DNA of 49,795 nt from an uncultured Pseudobdellovibrionaceae bacterium (GCA_964409255.1 CAYPCP010000001.1:1-49795); one strand, 5' to 3'. Shown: positions 41,742 to 49,795, numbered from the stretch's first letter. The notes: a model not told the origin generated them from the sequence alone. Made by a program: numbers and translations.

Positions 41742-43762
41742 GGGCTGCCTCCCGTCTTGATGGGCGCGCCCGTTTTCGTGATGATGGCGATTTCGCTGCT
41801 GACGGTTTCCTGCTCTTTTTCAAGCAGCGTTTCAAGGAACACCGCAAGGATCGCCTCGCCGCGCAGGAGGCTGTCGTAAATATCGCGGTCCTGCATGATC
41901 TCAAGCGCTTCCATCACGGCGATCTTGCGCTCGACGTTGGCGGGCTTGTCATACAGCTCGGTGTAGAAAACCGGGTCCTCGTAAATCTTTTTCGTCAGCA
42001 CTTCCATCTGCGCGAAATAGCTCGGCTCTTCCCCGATAAGCTTGTTGATCTCCTCGACGTCGAGGCCGAGGTCGCGGATGAACGCCTTCATGAACGGCGC
42101 GACTTCCTTGGCGCCGCGCGACTTCATCGCCGCGATCGCCGCGACGGAGTTCTGCCCGACCGACCGTTTCGCCGTCAATGCCCGCAGGTCCATATAGAAA
42201 GGATATGCGTCGGGGCGGACGTCGCCCTTGTCGTTCGCCAAAAGGGAACGGTTCATTTTTTCCGGCACGTCGTGCGCGTACAGATTGGACGACATGGCGA
42301 AAATGTCTTTTTCGTCATTCGTGTTTTCCGGCTTGGTGAAATCGACATCGAGGCTCAGCGGCACGTCGAGCGTGTTGGTGAAATCGATGTCACGGTTCTT
42401 GCGCGCGGCGGGAATGTTTTTCTTGCACAATATTTCAAGCCCGGCCTTGCCTTCCGGGCCTTCGCCGTTGTCGTTCTTGTCGCAATATTCATCAAGGAAT
42501 TGCTGCAGGCGGCTGAGCTTGTCGGAATCGCCGCCGGTCTGCGAAACGACGTCGCCGGATTTAAGCGAGCGTTTGAGCATGTGCTGCGCGAACGCGACCT
42601 TCGAAAGATCGGCGCGGCGTTCGGATGCGGCAAGGCTTTGCGACGCGGTGCCGAATTCGCACAGGCCTTCGCTCGGGTGGTAATCCTTGTGCGCTTTCGC
42701 CGTCATGTGCTGGAACAGGCGCTGCGTTTCCATCTGGTGTTTCGCGTCGAAAAACTGGCCGAACATTTCCACCTGATTGTAAGCCGCGGCGGTCATCTGC
42801 GAGGTCATGATCATGAGCGCGGGGACCATGTTCTCGATATACCATTTCGACACGAGCCACGTGCGGTACGTTTCAAACTCGTTGGTCATCAACGCGCGGA
42901 TGTTTTTATGGTCTTCGACGATCGGGCGGTGACAGTTGCAGCAGCTCGGGCACGTCTTCTCGCACATCGCGTTGGCGTTCTGGATGTTGTGCTGCGTGGA
43001 AATCTTTCCGGTCAGAAGATTGAGCGTCAGGCCGTTCAGGTTGAAGCTGAGGTTGATGTTCAGCCCCTTCATGATCGCATCCGTCAAACCTTTCAGGCCG
43101 CCCAGCGCCTGCGTGATGTTGCCGCCCAGCGCGCTGCCCAGCGCTTTGGTCAGGCTCTCCGCCAGCTTGGTGTCCTTCATGATGTCGGTCATCAGCTTCG
43201 ATGCGCTCGCGCCGCCGAGCGCCGCGCCGAGCTGCTTGGTGAATTCCTGCACGCCGCCCGATTGCAGCGCGGCCTGCAGCCCTTGCGAAATTCCCGGGAT
43301 TTTCGCGATGTCGGCGAGCTGGCCGATGTCTGTGATCTTGCCCAGGTTCGGCAGCGCGGTGAGCGCCGTCGACAGCGACGAATTCAGCTGCCCGCGCATC
43401 GCGCTGTTGATGACCTGACCGAGAGAGCCGAGGTCGGCGCCCATATTGGCCACGATATTCTTGGTAAGCGCTTCCGCCGTCGGCAGCGAGATATTGCCGC
43501 TTTCGACAAGCGCGTTCGTGAATTGCTCCGGCGTGAGTTTTCCGGCGGCGAAATTATTGACGAGCTGCTCGCCGATATTGTTGGGAAGGCCCGTGCCGAT
43601 CTTGGAGATGTCGAACGATGGCGAACCGCCTGTCGTGCCCGTGCTGCCGCCGGCATTCGCGGTCAGCGGTAACGCGGCCGCGAACAGAAGCAGGATCATG
43701 CAAAAAGCATGTCCCCATCCCCGGCGCTTGGTGGCGCCTGTTGCCCCGGACCACATTATCAT
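41738..43762 (-). CDS. Paralog E of the secreted Cys-cluster core family, with an N-terminal Gly/Leu/Ala/Asn-rich module homologous to that of D
   Basis: Track ORF is 41738..43828. Its first 22 codons are AT-rich, so I prefer ATG 43762 (MIMWSGATGATKRRGWGHAFCMILLLFAAALPLTANA); the start is uncertain. CEKTCPSCCNC (42932-42964). FFDAKHQMETQRLFQHMTAKAHKDYHPSEGLCEFGT, LRALTAKRSVGQNSVAAI, PSYFAQMEVLTKKIYEDPVFYTELYDKPANVERK, MQDRDIYDSLLRGE. Confidence 0.85.
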   Translation of the reverse strand: MIMWSGATGATKRRGWGHAFCMILLLFAAALPLTANAGGSTGTTGGSPSFDISKIGTGLPNNIGEQLVNNFAAGKLTPEQFTNALVESGNISLPTAEALTKNIVANMGADLGSLGQVINSAMRGQLNSSLSTALTALPNLGKITDIGQLADIAKIPGISQGLQAALQSGGVQEFTKQLGAALGGASASKLMTDIMKDTKLAESLTKALGSALGGNITQALGGLKGLTDAIMKGLNINLSFNLNGLTLNLLTGKISTQHNIQNANAMCEKTCPSCCNCHRPIVEDHKNIRALMTNEFETYRTWLVSKWYIENMVPALMIMTSQMTAAAYNQVEMFGQFFDAKHQMETQRLFQHMTAKAHKDYHPSEGLCEFGTASQSLAASERRADLSKVAFAQHMLKRSLKSGDVVSQTGGDSDKLSRLQQFLDEYCDKNDNGEGPEGKAGLEILCKKNIPAARKNRDIDFTNTLDVPLSLDVDFTKPENTNDEKDIFAMSSNLYAHDVPEKMNRSLLANDKGDVRPDAYPFYMDLRALTAKRSVGQNSVAAIAAMKSRGAKEVAPFMKAFIRDLGLDVEEINKLIGEEPSYFAQMEVLTKKIYEDPVFYTELYDKPANVERKIAVMEALEIMQDRDIYDSLLRGEAILAVFLETLLEKEQETVSSEIAIITKTGAPIKTGGSP

Positions 43763-43982
43763 TCTGATTTTTTTATAACTTCTCCAACTACAGAAAATTT
43801 TATCATATTCAAAAAGCAAAACGCACATTCATTTCCGCCGACGCGCGGAGAAGGGGCTTATGGAATTTGTGCGGAGCCTTTCGAATATGGTCAAATAACA
43901 ATATAAAGTGGTTTTTTACTTCGCGCATCTGATACATAATGGAATCAGATCATTTTTGTCCTGTCCGGACGATTAGGAATTC

Positions 43983-44717
43983 ATGAGCGACTCTAGCGAT
44001 AAATCTGCCAACCCGCGGAACATCCGGCCGGCGCCCCGCGGCCCGGCGGCGGGCGTGCCGAAAAAAGGCGCGAAGGTAAAGCCTGACGCCAAGGATGTCA
44101 GCTCGCTGGGCAAGGTCGTCCTGCGCAATGAATTCTACCGTGACGGGTACCGCCTGGCGCTGCGCGTCGCGGTTATCCAGTGTTTCATCATTGTCGGCTT
44201 GATTGCCGTAATGTTCTACGTGGTCAAGGTGCATCAACCGGAAAACCGTTATTTCGCAACGACCGAGGATGGCCGCCTGATCCCGATGGTGTCCCTGACC
44301 CAGCCGAACCTGTCGACCCCCGCGCTGATGTCGTGGGTGGCCCAGTCGGCGACCGAGGTCATGACCTTCGGCTTCAACGATTACCGCCGCAGGTTGCAGG
44401 AAGCCTCGCGCCATTTCACCCGCCGCGGCTGGGAAAGCTTCACCACCGCGCTTCAGCGCGCCCGCATCATCGAATCGATCGAGGAAAATTCCCAGGTCGT
44501 CACCGCCGCGCCGCGCGGCGCGCCGATCCTTCAATCCGAAGGCATCATCGGCGGGCAATATCAATGGGTCGTTCAGATCCCCATGGTTCTCACCTATCAA
44601 TCCGGGTCGAAAACACGTTCCGATTACTGGATCGTGACGCTGGTGGTGGTGCGCGTGCCGCGCCTCGAAAGCCCCAACGGTGTCGGCATCGCGCAATGGA
44701 TCGCCGCGCCGGGCTGA
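43983..44717 (+). CDS. icmL: Type IVB secretion protein IcmL/DotI (TraM-like)
   Basis: 244 aa. LRNEFYRDGYRLALRVAVIQCFIIVGLIAVMF (the FYRD.YR + TM hallmark), ...WVAQSATEVMTFGFNDYRRRLQEASRHFTRRGWESF..., ...VVRVPRLESPNGVGIAQW, colinear with Legionella IcmL as I remember it. Confidence 0.9.
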   Translation: MSDSSDKSANPRNIRPAPRGPAAGVPKKGAKVKPDAKDVSSLGKVVLRNEFYRDGYRLALRVAVIQCFIIVGLIAVMFYVVKVHQPENRYFATTEDGRLIPMVSLTQPNLSTPALMSWVAQSATEVMTFGFNDYRRRLQEASRHFTRRGWESFTTALQRARIIESIEENSQVVTAAPRGAPILQSEGIIGGQYQWVVQIPMVLTYQSGSKTRSDYWIVTLVVVRVPRLESPNGVGIAQWIAAPG

Positions 44718-44846
44718 TCGGACGCCTTTCTTGGCTGAGGGTAACCTGCGCGCAAGGCATATACAGGGCGGCTTTCCCGCGATATGGTAGGGCGGGGCAT
44801 GCAGATTCGCATTCGGCCTTTCTTTAGGTGTACGGTAATTTTCGAC

Positions 44847-46247
44847 ATGATTTCCAGACGGTTTCTTTACGGATTTTTTGCGCTGCTTACCTCGGTCTCG
44901 CTGCTCTCGGCGGTCGGGGGCGTTCATGCGCAGGACCCCGTCACGCCCCAGCAATCGCAACAATCGCCCGCGCCCTCCGAAAACGCGTTGATCGATCCCG
45001 AAGCCGCCGCTGCCGCTGCCTTGCAAAGGGTCCCGGCCCTGCCGGACGGCACCTCCGCCACGCCGGAGGCGGACGCCGCCGCCGCTGCGGCTGCCGCCGC
45101 GATGCAATCCCCGGCGCCCGCCGCGACAACGCCCGCGGATCAGGCCGTGCCCGGCACCGCGCTGCCGTCCACGCCCGCGCAACAGGCGCAGCAGGCCTAT
45201 ATACAAACGTCGCCCGAAACCGAAACCGTAGCGCCCGCGCCCTCCGCTGAACGCCCGGTCGTGCCGCTTTCCGCCCCCGGGGATTCACCCGAAGCTCAGG
45301 CCGCCGCCGCGCAGGCCGCGAACGACGCGCTGCCGATCTCCCGCGTGCGCATCAACACCGAAGGTTTCGGTCTGGCGGGCACACGTAATATAGATGTCTA
45401 TCCGGGCGACAACCCGGCATCCGACGTCGATAACGAAGCGCTGCAGGCCGAAATCCGTCAGGAAGCCTTCGACGCCGCGACCACGGGCCTTTTCCCGCTG
45501 TCGCCCGACCATATCCGCGAATTGCTGCGTCAATATGACGACACCCAGCGCGCGGCGCAGTCCCCGCCCTACGACATGCCGAAACCCGAAGTCGTCGTGC
45601 AGACCGTCTCGATGGACCCCGGCGTCGCGCCACCCGTCATTAAAACCGCCGTCGGTCACGTGACGACGGTGAACATGCTCGATCTGACGGGCGCGCCATG
45701 GCCGGTGCAGGACATTACATGGGCCGGCGATTTCGAAGTCGTCGAACCGGAAGAGGGCGGGCACATCATCCGCATCACGCCGATGGGGAAATTCACCTAC
45801 GGCAACATGGCCGTGCGCCTTCTCACGCTGAAAACGCCGATCACGTTTACATTGCGCGTTGAGCGCGACACCGTTCATTACCGCGTTGATGCGCGCATCC
45901 CGGAACTGGGACCCTTCGCGCAGGCGCAGCTGATGGAAGGCTCCGCCCAGCTTGCGGCGGGGAATTCGACGCTGACCACCGTGCTGGACGGTGTACCGCC
46001 GAGCGGCTCCGTCCGTCTGGCCGTGGCGGGCGCCGATGGCCGCACCACCGCCTATAAAGTCGGCGCGCTCACCTATGTGCGCACGCCGCTGACGCTGCTC
46101 TCGCCGGGATGGCAAAGCTCCGTTTCCTCCGCCGACGGCATGAATGTTTATGCGCTCGAAGACACGCCCGTCCTGCTGTTGTCGGATCAGGGAAATTTCC
46201 TGCGCGCGAAGCTAAGCGAAGAAAAGGATCTCTTCGATGACCAATAA
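44847..46247 (+). CDS. icmK: Type IVB secretion outer-membrane-complex protein IcmK/DotH (TraN-like)
   Basis: Preferred ATG 44847 (MISRRFLYGFFALLTSVSLLSAVGGVHA). A long Ala/Pro/Gln-rich linker, then the DotH-like body: VGHVTTVNMLDLTGAPWPVQDITWAGDFEVVEPEEGGHIIRITPMGKFTYGNMAVRLLTLKTPITFTLRVERDTVHYRVDARIPELGP. Confidence 0.88.
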   Translation: MISRRFLYGFFALLTSVSLLSAVGGVHAQDPVTPQQSQQSPAPSENALIDPEAAAAAALQRVPALPDGTSATPEADAAAAAAAAAMQSPAPAATTPADQAVPGTALPSTPAQQAQQAYIQTSPETETVAPAPSAERPVVPLSAPGDSPEAQAAAAQAANDALPISRVRINTEGFGLAGTRNIDVYPGDNPASDVDNEALQAEIRQEAFDAATTGLFPLSPDHIRELLRQYDDTQRAAQSPPYDMPKPEVVVQTVSMDPGVAPPVIKTAVGHVTTVNMLDLTGAPWPVQDITWAGDFEVVEPEEGGHIIRITPMGKFTYGNMAVRLLTLKTPITFTLRVERDTVHYRVDARIPELGPFAQAQLMEGSAQLAAGNSTLTTVLDGVPPSGSVRLAVAGADGRTTAYKVGALTYVRTPLTLLSPGWQSSVSSADGMNVYALEDTPVLLLSDQGNFLRAKLSEEKDLFDDQ

Positions 46248-47676
46248 TAACGACAACGACGTCGATAACGACCTCGATCTGGATCTCGACGAACTCGACA
46301 GCGACAGCGGCTTCGACGATTTCAGCAAGAAAGGCACGCTCGGCGACCTCTGGCGCAACAACCCGATGGTCAAGGTCGGCGTTATCCTCGCCGCGTTCGT
46401 CGTCATCGTCGCGGGCGTCATCCTGTTCGGCGGCAAGGGTGAAAAACTGCCGCCCTCGCGCCTGAGCGGCACGTCCGATGTCACCGAAGCGCCCGGTTCC
46501 AACGAAGTTTCCGCCTCCTATGCGCAGGCGATCGAAGAAGAAAACACTCGCCGCATCGAAGAAGCGCTGCGCCAGAACGACAGCGCCGTGCCGATGCCGG
46601 TCGAGCCGCCCAAAGGCACGCTCGGCCTGCAGGTTGACGAACCCGCCGAAGAAGATCCTCTCGACCGCTGGCGCCGCATGCAGGAAGAACGCATCCAGCA
46701 GCAGCAGATCGTGAATCAGGAAATGGTCGAACCGCCCGCGCCGCCGGAACCGGTCGATACGAAAACCCCCGCCGTGAACGCGATGGCGCAGGCGATGTCG
46801 ATGCAGATGGAATCGGTCCTTTCCAATCAGGAAATCAAAGGCCCGCACGTGAAAAGCATCAGCACGATGGCCTATCTCGAAGGGCTGGAGGAAAAGAAAC
46901 GCGCCGCGCGCGAAGCTGAACTCGCCCGTCAGCAGCAGCTGATCGGCGGCGTCGGCGGCAGCCAGATCGAAAACATCATCATCCCCGCGGGCACGATCGA
47001 ATACGCCCAGCTGATTACCGAAGCGAATACCGATGCGCCCGGCCCGATCATGGCCCAGATCGCTTCCGGCCCGCTGGCGGGTGCGCGCCTGATCGGTTCT
47101 TTCCGTTCGACCGAAGAATATCTGACGCTGCAATTCAATACGGTCGTGATCGACGGCGTGGCCGAAGGCGCGAACGCCGTGGCGATCGACCCGAACACGA
47201 CGCTTCCGGGCATGGTCACGGAAATCGACCGCCGTTACTGGAAACGCATTATCCTTCCGGCGGCGGGCGCGTTCGTCGAGGGCCTGGCCTCCGCGATTTC
47301 CGATTCCGGCTCGACCAGCATTTATATCTCCGACAATAACGTCGTCCAGAGCACCGCGAACCGCGACAACCGCGAGGAAGTGGCCTCCGGTATCGCCGAG
47401 GCGGGCGAGGAGCTGCGCGACATTCTCGAAGACGAAGCCGACGCGACCCGCCCGATGCTGCGCGTGGCGGCGGGAACGCCGATCGGCGTGCTGTTCGTCT
47501 CCCCGGTGATCGAGGGCGACGACCTCGTCGAACAGAACCAGCGCGAGCAGGACCGCCTGATCCAGATGCAGCAATTCCAGCAGCTTCAGCAGCCCTTTGT
47601 CCCGGCTTTCCCCTTTGGCGACACCAGCCCCTCCGCGGGTTCCGGCATGCAAACCACCGGGACCGGTATACAATGA
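46237..47676 (+). CDS. icmE: Type IVB secretion protein IcmE/DotG (TraO-like; VirB10/TrbI-type C-terminal domain)
   Basis: 479 aa. Acidic N-terminus, TM helix VKVGVILAAFVVIVAGVILFG, and the VirB10-like domain IIIPAGTIEYAQLITEANTDAPGPIMAQIASGPLAGARLIGSF...VAIDPNTTLPGMVTEIDRRYWKRIILPAAGAFVEGL. Overlaps the icmK 3' end by 11 nt. Confidence 0.88.
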   Translation: MTNNNDNDVDNDLDLDLDELDSDSGFDDFSKKGTLGDLWRNNPMVKVGVILAAFVVIVAGVILFGGKGEKLPPSRLSGTSDVTEAPGSNEVSASYAQAIEEENTRRIEEALRQNDSAVPMPVEPPKGTLGLQVDEPAEEDPLDRWRRMQEERIQQQQIVNQEMVEPPAPPEPVDTKTPAVNAMAQAMSMQMESVLSNQEIKGPHVKSISTMAYLEGLEEKKRAAREAELARQQQLIGGVGGSQIENIIIPAGTIEYAQLITEANTDAPGPIMAQIASGPLAGARLIGSFRSTEEYLTLQFNTVVIDGVAEGANAVAIDPNTTLPGMVTEIDRRYWKRIILPAAGAFVEGLASAISDSGSTSIYISDNNVVQSTANRDNREEVASGIAEAGEELRDILEDEADATRPMLRVAAGTPIGVLFVSPVIEGDDLVEQNQREQDRLIQMQQFQQLQQPFVPAFPFGDTSPSAGSGMQTTGTGIQ

Positions 47677-47768
47677 TCCCCAGCGCCTTGAAGCGACGGG
47701 GCTTTTCCGATAAAAGGAAAGCTTAAAAAACAGCCAGCGGCCTTACGGTGCGCGGCCTTTGCCGGATA

Positions 47769-49496
47769 ATGACGATGCAGGAAAAACCCGAAAACGACCC
47801 GACCTTCACCGACGATCTCGACGATGAATTCATCGACGATGAATTCGGCGACGAATACGCGGACGATCTCGGCGACGATGCGGCCTATGACGCCGACGCG
47901 GATCACGACGCTGTCGGCGGCGGCGATGGCGACGACATGGCCTATCTCGACGATGAATTCGGCGACGAAGACTGGGAAGATGAGGAAGAAGACGGCGTGG
48001 CCGCTCCCCTCACTGGCGCCGGTGCGCAAAAAGAAAAGAAAAAAGGCGGCCTCGATCTCAGCTTCAATACCAAGGTGATCGCCGGCGCCGTTATCGTCGG
48101 CGTGTGCGTTCTCGTCTGGCAGGTCGTCACCAAAAAACCGCAGATGATCGAAAACTTCACGACGGCGCTCAGCATGACAGGCGCGACCGACGGTCCTGTG
48201 TTCGGCGACAATCAGCCGCCGCCGCCTGAAGCGCCCGCGCCGATTCCGGCCGATGAAAACAATCCCGCGCTGCTCGACGGTCCGGACATGGCGGGCGACA
48301 ATGTTCCCCCGATGCCCGCGCCCGTCACGCCGCCCGAAGCGATGAGCCCCGAAGAACAGGCGAACGCCGAGGTCCTGACGCCGATGCCGGACCCGAATGC
48401 GCCGGATGGCGCGCAGGTTCCGCGCTCGCCCGATCAATCGCCGCCGACGCCCGTTTATTCGATCGACGCGCGGAGCAGCAATAACGACGACGCGCCGAAC
48501 AAGGCCGAAGAGATGCTGAAATCCCGCCTTGCCGCGCGCGAACAGCAAAACGCGTCCGCAGACGCGTTTGGCGAAGAAACACCAGCCCCTGTGCCGCCGC
48601 CTGCCGCCGACGTTATTCCCCCGGCCCCGACGCCGGATGTTGTGGTGGAAGCGCCGCCTGCGCCTGAAGTCGTGCCGCCTGCCGCGATGCAGGTTGTCGT
48701 GCCCGTGCCGCCCGAAAATCTCGCCGCCGCCGAAGCCGCCACGGCTGAGCTGAACCAGAAAATGGACAGCATCATCCAGGGCTTCTCCCAGATTGGCACG
48801 CGTATCGACGAGATCAATAACAACAGTAACAATCAGATCAACGCGCTGCGCGACGAACTGAAAAACGAAATCGCTTCCGTCCGCGACGAAGTGAAAAACG
48901 CGCCCGCTCCCGCGCCGTCGGCCGATAACAACGCCGCCGCCGTGAACGAACAGGTGACGCAGCAGATCACCGCCGTGCGTGAGGAAATGAAAACCGCGCT
49001 CAGCCAGATCAAGGAAGAAATCAAAAACGCGCCTGCACCCGCTGCCGCGCCAGCGCCCGCATCATCCGGCGTGAGCGAGCAGCAGCTCAGCGACATGCGT
49101 CAGGAAATGCAAAATCAATTCGCGAAAATGCGCGAAGAGATGAAATCCGAAATCGCGAAAGTGCCCGCCGCCGCACCGGCCCCGGCACCTGTACGTGAAG
49201 CTGCGCCCGCGCCGCGTCAGGACGCCGAACAAAAACCCGCGCCTGTAAAACAGGCCGAAGCACCGAAACAGGCCGCGCCGAAAAAAGCCGCCGCACCGTC
49301 CACCGCATCGCGCGGCGGCGCCTGGCAGCTCAAAGCCGCGAAGCCGGGCAAGGCCTGGGTATCGCGCGCCGGATCGAACAATATTCAGGGCGTGAGCGTT
49401 GGCGACACGCTCGACGGGATCGGCCGCATCACCGCGATCAGTTTCGCGGGCGGCCGCTGGGTCGTTCAGGGCACCAATGGGCGCATCAATCAGTAG
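47769..49496 (+). CDS. icmG: IcmG/DotF-like (TraP-like) protein, strongly expanded
   Basis: Track ORF starts at GTG 47748; ATG 47769 or 47775 is plausible. Very acidic N-terminus (DDLDDEFIDDEFGDEYADD...), one TM helix (VIAGAVIVGVCVLVWQVV), a Pro-rich region, three helical repeats each ending K(N/V)(A/P)PAPA. The C-terminal GAWQLKAAKPGKAWVSRAGSNNIQGVSVGDTLDGIGRITAISFAGGRWVVQGTNGRI resembles the DotF C-terminal domain (W.(I/L)RA..PG(R/K)AW(L/V)......V..G..(I/L).G.G.(I/V)..I). Its position after icmE fits. Confidence 0.6.
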   Translation: MTMQEKPENDPTFTDDLDDEFIDDEFGDEYADDLGDDAAYDADADHDAVGGGDGDDMAYLDDEFGDEDWEDEEEDGVAAPLTGAGAQKEKKKGGLDLSFNTKVIAGAVIVGVCVLVWQVVTKKPQMIENFTTALSMTGATDGPVFGDNQPPPPEAPAPIPADENNPALLDGPDMAGDNVPPMPAPVTPPEAMSPEEQANAEVLTPMPDPNAPDGAQVPRSPDQSPPTPVYSIDARSSNNDDAPNKAEEMLKSRLAAREQQNASADAFGEETPAPVPPPAADVIPPAPTPDVVVEAPPAPEVVPPAAMQVVVPVPPENLAAAEAATAELNQKMDSIIQGFSQIGTRIDEINNNSNNQINALRDELKNEIASVRDEVKNAPAPAPSADNNAAAVNEQVTQQITAVREEMKTALSQIKEEIKNAPAPAAAPAPASSGVSEQQLSDMRQEMQNQFAKMREEMKSEIAKVPAAAPAPAPVREAAPAPRQDAEQKPAPVKQAEAPKQAAPKKAAAPSTASRGGAWQLKAAKPGKAWVSRAGSNNIQGVSVGDTLDGIGRITAISFAGGRWVVQGTNGRINQ

Positions 49497-49525
49497 GCGA
49501 AAAGGTCCCAAAAAGACCTTTTGCC
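49497..49525 (+). terminator. Possible weak intrinsic terminator after icmG
   Basis: Stem AAAAGGTC (49500-49507) / GACCTTTT (49515-49522), 7-nt loop, directly after the icmG TAG. The stem is AU-rich and there is no separate T-run, so this is weak. Confidence 0.3.
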
Positions 49526-49795
49526 ACATTTGCGCCTTAATTCGGAAAAGCGCTGCCCAAATTCCATAAAATAAATTACCTTAAAAAACACATTTAAATC
49601 AATATGTTATACCAAGTTTGGCAAAAGGCGTTCTCACAAATTTGCCTTATTTGGATCGATTGTGATTAAATATAATTATGACGACAGGACAGGATCGAAC
49701 GGGCTTAAAACCCTATCCACCCCATCGTCGTGAGGGCAAAATCGCATTGTGCGAACCAAATGGTGTACACTGGTCCTGTAACTGATAAACAGGAC

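Noticed and set aside
34260-43672. Long plus-strand ORFs (34260..34886, 34959..35939, 36617..37507, 39060..40100, 40668..41879, 41684..43672)
   Set aside because: All are antisense to the five paralogs, Arg/His/Gly-rich, and share no motifs or signal peptides. The minus-strand frames show five-fold conserved motifs and coupled stop/start overlaps.
34125-43828. Naming the five paralogs IcmX/TraW, DotA or FlgJ on positional grounds
   Set aside because: I could not recognise any diagnostic motif of those families. DotA should be polytopic, but these proteins have only a signal peptide. FlgJ rod-binding motifs are absent. Position alone is insufficient, so they are left unassigned.
46069-47673. 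534-aa minus-strand ORF (and 45285..46115, 47586..48548, 43950..45206)
   Set aside because: They are antisense to icmE, icmK, icmG and icmL, whose plus-strand products carry recognisable Dot/Icm motifs. The minus-strand translations are Arg-rich low complexity.

Overview
High-GC proteobacterial chromosome segment, probably alphaproteobacterial: secB-fxsA-Tim44-like-mltA synteny, sigma54-driven flgKL. I saw no rRNA, CRISPR array, IS element or integrase. The window has three blocks.

(1) 1-11.8 kb is a tightly packed minus-strand 4-gene operon. It starts with a pilin-like/tail-fibre-like protein carrying a peptidase-S74 intramolecular chaperone. Three secreted paralogous mosaic proteins follow, built from RCC1-like and BNR propellers, DUF1566, DUF1554/endostatin-like modules and an unrecognised Cys-rich module. 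The last gene (1..5107, at least 1702 codons) is missing from the supplied ORF track because it runs off the left edge.

(2) 12-23 kb is housekeeping: secB, fxsA, Tim44-like, mltA, O-antigen-ligase family, an entericidin-like mini-lipoprotein, tRNA-Ala(GGC), mscL, a receiver-less sigma54 activator, BI-1/YccA, M48 peptidase, lemA and a FIST protein.

(3) 23-49.5 kb is a Dot/Icm-type (type IVB) secretion locus on the plus strand in IncI-plasmid-like order: DsbC/G-like, unknown, SLT, dotD, dotC, dotB, icmT ... icmL, icmK, icmE, icmG. A 13.4-kb minus-strand block splits it between icmT and icmL. That block holds flgL, flgK (with its own near-consensus sigma54 promoter) and five tandem, translationally coupled paralogs of a secreted Cys-cluster protein family I cannot assign to any known family.

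The five-paralog array and the fibre operon are the best candidates for undescribed biology. All functional calls rest on motif recognition by eye and need HMM or structure searches.
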